Shown here piece by piece: positions 60,201 to 64,000 of a DNA stretch of 64,000 nt (the stretch's first letter is position 1; the number at the start of each line of letters is the position of its first letter). Below the pieces are notes generated by a model. That model had not been told where the DNA came from. It worked only from the letters and a program-made list of their open reading frames with translations, and did not search any database. Origin of the DNA: Neovahlkampfia damariscottae (Eukaryota). A program made the translations under genes and the position numbers. The stretch is from the NCBI GenBank assembly GCA_016618085.1, contig JABLTG010000117.1:1-64000 (forward strand). The letters are read 5' to 3'.

Positions 60201-61438
60201 AATGTTTCATCTGGAAAGCAAAATTGAAAAGGGAGAATATTTTTGAATTAGAAGGAACAGCATTATATTATGCTGCAAAACTCCTTCCATATTTGCTTGA
60301 ACATGATCAATATCCTGATGATTATGAAATTTTTACTGATTCACAATCCAATATTCAAATAAATACTGGAAGTTGTCTTAAAAATAATGATCAAACATTA
60401 CAAAACTTTTATATTATGAATTTAAAAAGAATAATTTTAAAAATATTGAACATGTTGTGTCACATCAAGACTTGGATCAAAATTTTTCACAAAGGGAAAA
60501 AATGAAAAGATCATTCTAAACCAATTTGCAGATGATTTAGCAGAACAAGTATATGAAAATCAAAAAATTTTTGAAATAGAAGAATTTCCTTTCTATGTGA
60601 CTGAAATTAATGATGAAAACGACAAATCATTTAAATCATTTAAATTTAGAACAAATTAAAACTATGCTTTATGAAATGAAACAATCTTATTTTAACAATG
60701 ATAAAGGAATGAAAAAGTTATTTATGAGTTATACAAAGAAATTTGGAATTTATATCAAAAAATTACTTATACTGATCAAAGAAATAACTCAGAAAATCAA
60801 TCAAAATCAAATGTCAGAAAAAAATGACAGAATTGATTCAATTTTTGAAGAAGAAGAAGAGGAAGAAGAAATTGAAATAAATTCATAACATCAATCCAGA
60901 AACTACAAGTAAAATTCAATACATGAAAGAAATTGAAAATGGCAACTTTGAAAATCTTAAAATCTTGTCAATTGAAAGTTATCCATTTAAAGATTTGTAT
61001 CATTTAAATATAAAAGGAACAAACCTTGAAAAGTTAAAATTAGAAGAAGAAAAAGAGGAACTATTTGTAGACTTAAAAAAGATTCAAACACCAGCTCAAC
61101 TTCAACTGATAATTCAAAATTTGAAAAAGAAGTAAAAGATCTAAAAATTCAAGTACTTGAAAACTCAAAACAAATTCAACAAAATAACACAACTTGTAAA
61201 ACTAATAGTAATTCAATCAACAGATTAGCTGCTTCATTATCTAATCTTAAAAAATTAGTTGATGACCAAATTGAACTTTCAAAAAACATGCAATTGGTAA
61301 TTGCACAATTTAACACACCAATTGGAGAATAATATACTGCTTCAGTCAAATCTCTCAGTCGGATCAAGAGTCTCAGTAGAGAATTGACCAAACTTTTGTA
61401 TAATAAAATTTTTTAGTTTTAAAAAAAAAAAAAAAAAA
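57300..61438 (+). mobile_element. Decayed non-LTR retrotransposon (ORF1, APE endonuclease, RT remnant, RNase H, extra 3' ORF, poly(A))
   Basis: APE motifs GNVNG, CLQETH, GDWN, RIDY and SDH (58030-58770); RT VKQGDPLAP* (~59126-59155); RNase H ATDGS, ELE, TDS and NQFADDLA (60089-60545). AATAAA at 61402, A-run 61421-61441, many stops and frameshifts. Confidence 0.92.
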
Positions 61439-61484
61439 AAATATGATTGGTGAAAAAATTGGAATTTTTGTTATTTTTATTTTT

Positions 61485-62516
61485 TTACTTTACAAGTATA
61501 CCTTTTGGTTTCTCTAAATCTTTAATTTTTTGTTCAATTTTTTCAATGACATATTCATGATTTATTTGAATATCTTCATCTTCTTCTTTTGAGACCCGAC
61601 GAAATTCTCTTTTTCCATTGGAAAAATACATTCTATAGTAAATCATTGGTTCGGTTTGTAAGTTAGCAACAATTTTCCGATGTTTAAGAATCTCTTCCAA
61701 TTTTGGTAAAGCTTTAGAGTCCAAATTACTTAGATTCTTTTGGTATTTCCAAAATTCAGTATACCAATTATTTTCATTTAATCCAAGTTCATTTTCCTTT
61801 TGTTTGTATAGGTTGTAATGGTACATATATTCCTCCCTCTTTGATTTGTTTGGTTCAATAAAATGTTTGTTTAAATTAAACGATAACTTATCTTTTGGTG
61901 CTCTATTAACCTTTTTTTCTGCAACTTCATGGCAAATAATTTCAAAGTCTCCAAGGAAATTATTTTTTCTTCCATCAACAAAATAAAATTTTAAAAAATT
62001 TACACTCTGGATATCAATGTTTGGTGCATCAAAAAAGATATCAGAAACTTGGTCAGGTTCAATTTCTGGAACTTTGCACATTTCTTTGTTGTCATAAAAT
62101 ATACCACCATTCCATTTAGCACTTCCATTGTTCATTACTAACATTTTAACTTTATTCTCGTTTAAATCTAAAATTGAGTTTATATAGTGAACTGAAGGTA
62201 TTTTTGAATCTTGTAAAGGTGTGAAACAACAAGTATAGACTTTTTTTGTTTTTTCAAATTGAACTACAAATGAAAAATTTTGTTCTTCTTTTACGTTTTC
62301 CAAAATAAACTCGAGAACAACCATAGAAGAAACTTCTGAATAAATCCAGTCAACATGTTGAAGTAAAATTGATTTTGTCTCGTCAAACTGGACTTTTCCA
62401 AATATATTTTTATCTTCAAACACAATTCTCTTGATGAATTTATGTAGAGTTATTGTTTCTGTTTTTACAAATGGAAGCAAGGAGGTTTTTGGTGGAGAGA
62501 TTTCAATGAATGACAT
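61485..62516 (-). CDS. Hypothetical protein, possible NBR1-type FW/Ig domain
   Basis: Intact 343-aa ORF with CCAAT upstream; VMNNGSAKW..VPEIEPDQ..FDAP..FLG resembles the FW domain. Confidence 0.55.
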   Translation of the reverse strand: MSFIEISPPKTSLLPFVKTETITLHKFIKRIVFEDKNIFGKVQFDETKSILLQHVDWIYSEVSSMVVLEFILENVKEEQNFSFVVQFEKTKKVYTCCFTPLQDSKIPSVHYINSILDLNENKVKMLVMNNGSAKWNGGIFYDNKEMCKVPEIEPDQVSDIFFDAPNIDIQSVNFLKFYFVDGRKNNFLGDFEIICHEVAEKKVNRAPKDKLSFNLNKHFIEPNKSKREEYMYHYNLYKQKENELGLNENNWYTEFWKYQKNLSNLDSKALPKLEEILKHRKIVANLQTEPMIYYRMYFSNGKREFRRVSKEEDEDIQINHEYVIEKIEQKIKDLEKPKGILVK

Positions 62517-62769
62517 AGCTGAAGTTGAATGTTATTGGTCCAATCATCAGTTATAAAAGCAAGTTAATCATTTCTAATCAATCACCCCTGCTTTTTATGT
62601 TAGAAGACCTGGACAAAGTTTGTTGAATTCAAGCTCACATGAAGAAATCCACACAAACTTGAGCTGACAAAGTCACCATGTTTGACCTGAGAAGCAAGGT
62701 CTTTGAAAATTAGACGTTGGAATGGTGGCCAATTTTTCTCGGACAAATTTATTTGCAAATAAAAGAATT

Positions 62770-63050
62770 AAAATTTATATAAATACACATATTTTTCTGC
62801 TTTCAAATTCGAAATCTAATGAACAGTTTTGAAGAAATGATCAAAATTTGTTAATACATAATTTTAAAGCTAAAGATTCTAAATCTGGAACTGAATATCC
62901 TTTTTTCTGTAGTTTTTTTTGAGCAAATTGCAATAATTTCAAATCTCTTTTCTTTAAATTCTTTCGAATCATCAACACATTGTAACAAAATTCCTCTCAA
63001 GCCTTTAATACTTGCATCAGTGAATACATATTTTATTTTTGTATTACCCA
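62770..63050 (-). mobile_element. Ty3/gypsy-type RT-associated RNase H relic
   Basis: YVFTDASIKGL.GILLQ..IIAICSKK, then after a frameshift GYSVPDLESLALKLCINKF*. Confidence 0.75.
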
Positions 63051-63198
63051 TTCTACAATAAGCTTTTGACATATCTATGTTATATTGTCAATTGCATGTT
63101 GGTATGTATGGTTGAGGTATATGAATGGTATTCATTAAGACTCGTGGGCAATTCGTCGCGTTATGATAATAAACTTTAGTTTTGAACTTGAAGTATGG

Positions 63199-63335
63199 TG
63201 TTTCAGACAAACAAGTAGTGTTTTTAACAATAACACCATCAATTAGACAACAAGTGGTGTTATTCACAATAAGTATATAATTAGACAATAAGTGATGGTT
63301 TTAAGCAATAAGTGGTGATACTTACAATAAGTTAT
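63199..63335. repeat. About 7 degenerate 18-21 nt direct repeats with core ACAATAAGT(GGTG)
   Basis: Units: agacaaacaagtagtg, aacaataacacc, agacaacaagtggtg, cacaataagtat, agacaataagtgatg, agcaataagtggtg, tacaataagtta. Confidence 0.7.
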
Positions 63336-64000
63336 TTGTTGCATAAAAAGCCATGCTAATACAAATAACGAAACACTTCAGCTTGAAACTTAATGTTTTT
63401 AATTAAAACACTAGCTTTGAAGTAAAAGAAAATTTATTCTTCTATTCTTTGTTTGTACTTTTTGTTTCGTTCTTTTTTTACTTTCAAATACTTCACTATC
63501 AATTTTATAGGAATGTTATGGAAAGGAGAAAAAGAAATTTATTAAATGATTAACTAATTTAAGTAACATTATTTCACTTATTTCTACTACTGCCATAATA
63601 TAACGACCAATGATGATCATTAAAATCAGAATTTTGAACCAATAAATTTTGAACCTTTTTCTCCATGGATTCAATTGAAAAACTTCAAAAAGAAAGAGGT
63701 GATTTAAAAGAAAGAATAAAGAAAATTGATAAAAAAATTGAAAGTTTAAAATATTTCCAACAAATAGAATGTTGGACAGCAAGTAAAATAACAGAAAGGA
63801 ATTTGAAAAAAAATATGAACCTGAAGTCGTAAGCCTTTTTAAAAAAGAAAAGGAAATTAGTGATTACCTAAAAAATTACAAAAAACTATGGGCAGAAGAG
63901 TCCACATCTCCCAATCCAAATATTTGTCTATCAGTTGTTTATTTAAAAAAACTAGTCAATGGTGAAACAATTACTCAAACGTTTACTGTTGACTGTGATT

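Noticed and set aside
57340..61332. Stop-codon reassignment to explain in-frame stops
   Set aside because: Intact genes end in TAA, TAG or TGA and lack internal stops; stops co-occur with frameshifts only in decayed elements.
63078..63235. Possible solo LTR (TGTTAT...ATAACA with internal AATAAA)
   Set aside because: No matching target-site duplication, PBS or PPT is visible, and the end overlaps the repeat array.
63199..63335. CRISPR-like array
   Set aside because: The repeats are degenerate and nearly contiguous with no 25-40 nt spacers, there are no cas genes, and the context is eukaryotic.

Overview
Very AT-rich, gene-dense eukaryotic DNA in the standard code with tiny GT-AG introns of mostly 27-44 nt. 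The gene content (DUF4116, giant EGF receptor, BTB and F-box paralogues, Fanzor2) suggests a heterolobosean, Naegleria-like amoeba, but that is inference. The window holds about 24 protein genes, a U1 snRNA and a tRNA-Leu(UAA). Mobile DNA comprises the 3' end of a Fanzor2/TnpB element with a candidate omegaRNA abutting a beta-mannosidase pseudogene, an end-complete but decayed APE-RT-RNaseH non-LTR retrotransposon with a 13-bp target-site duplication, and a Ty3/gypsy RNase H relic. The most notable observations are: (1) a 70-nt intron that splits exactly into two normal-sized introns at an internal AG|GT, suggesting recursive splicing with a zero-length exon; (2) a 10-exon gene, fragmented in the ORF track, encoding a catalytically degenerate Dicer/RIG-I-like helicase with a C-terminal dsRBD; (3) a CCAAT box 12-55 nt upstream of almost every ATG, with the LINE inserted at and duplicating one of them; (4) a Fanzor guide that would be host mannosidase sequence. 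All domain calls come from manual motif recognition; no searches were run.
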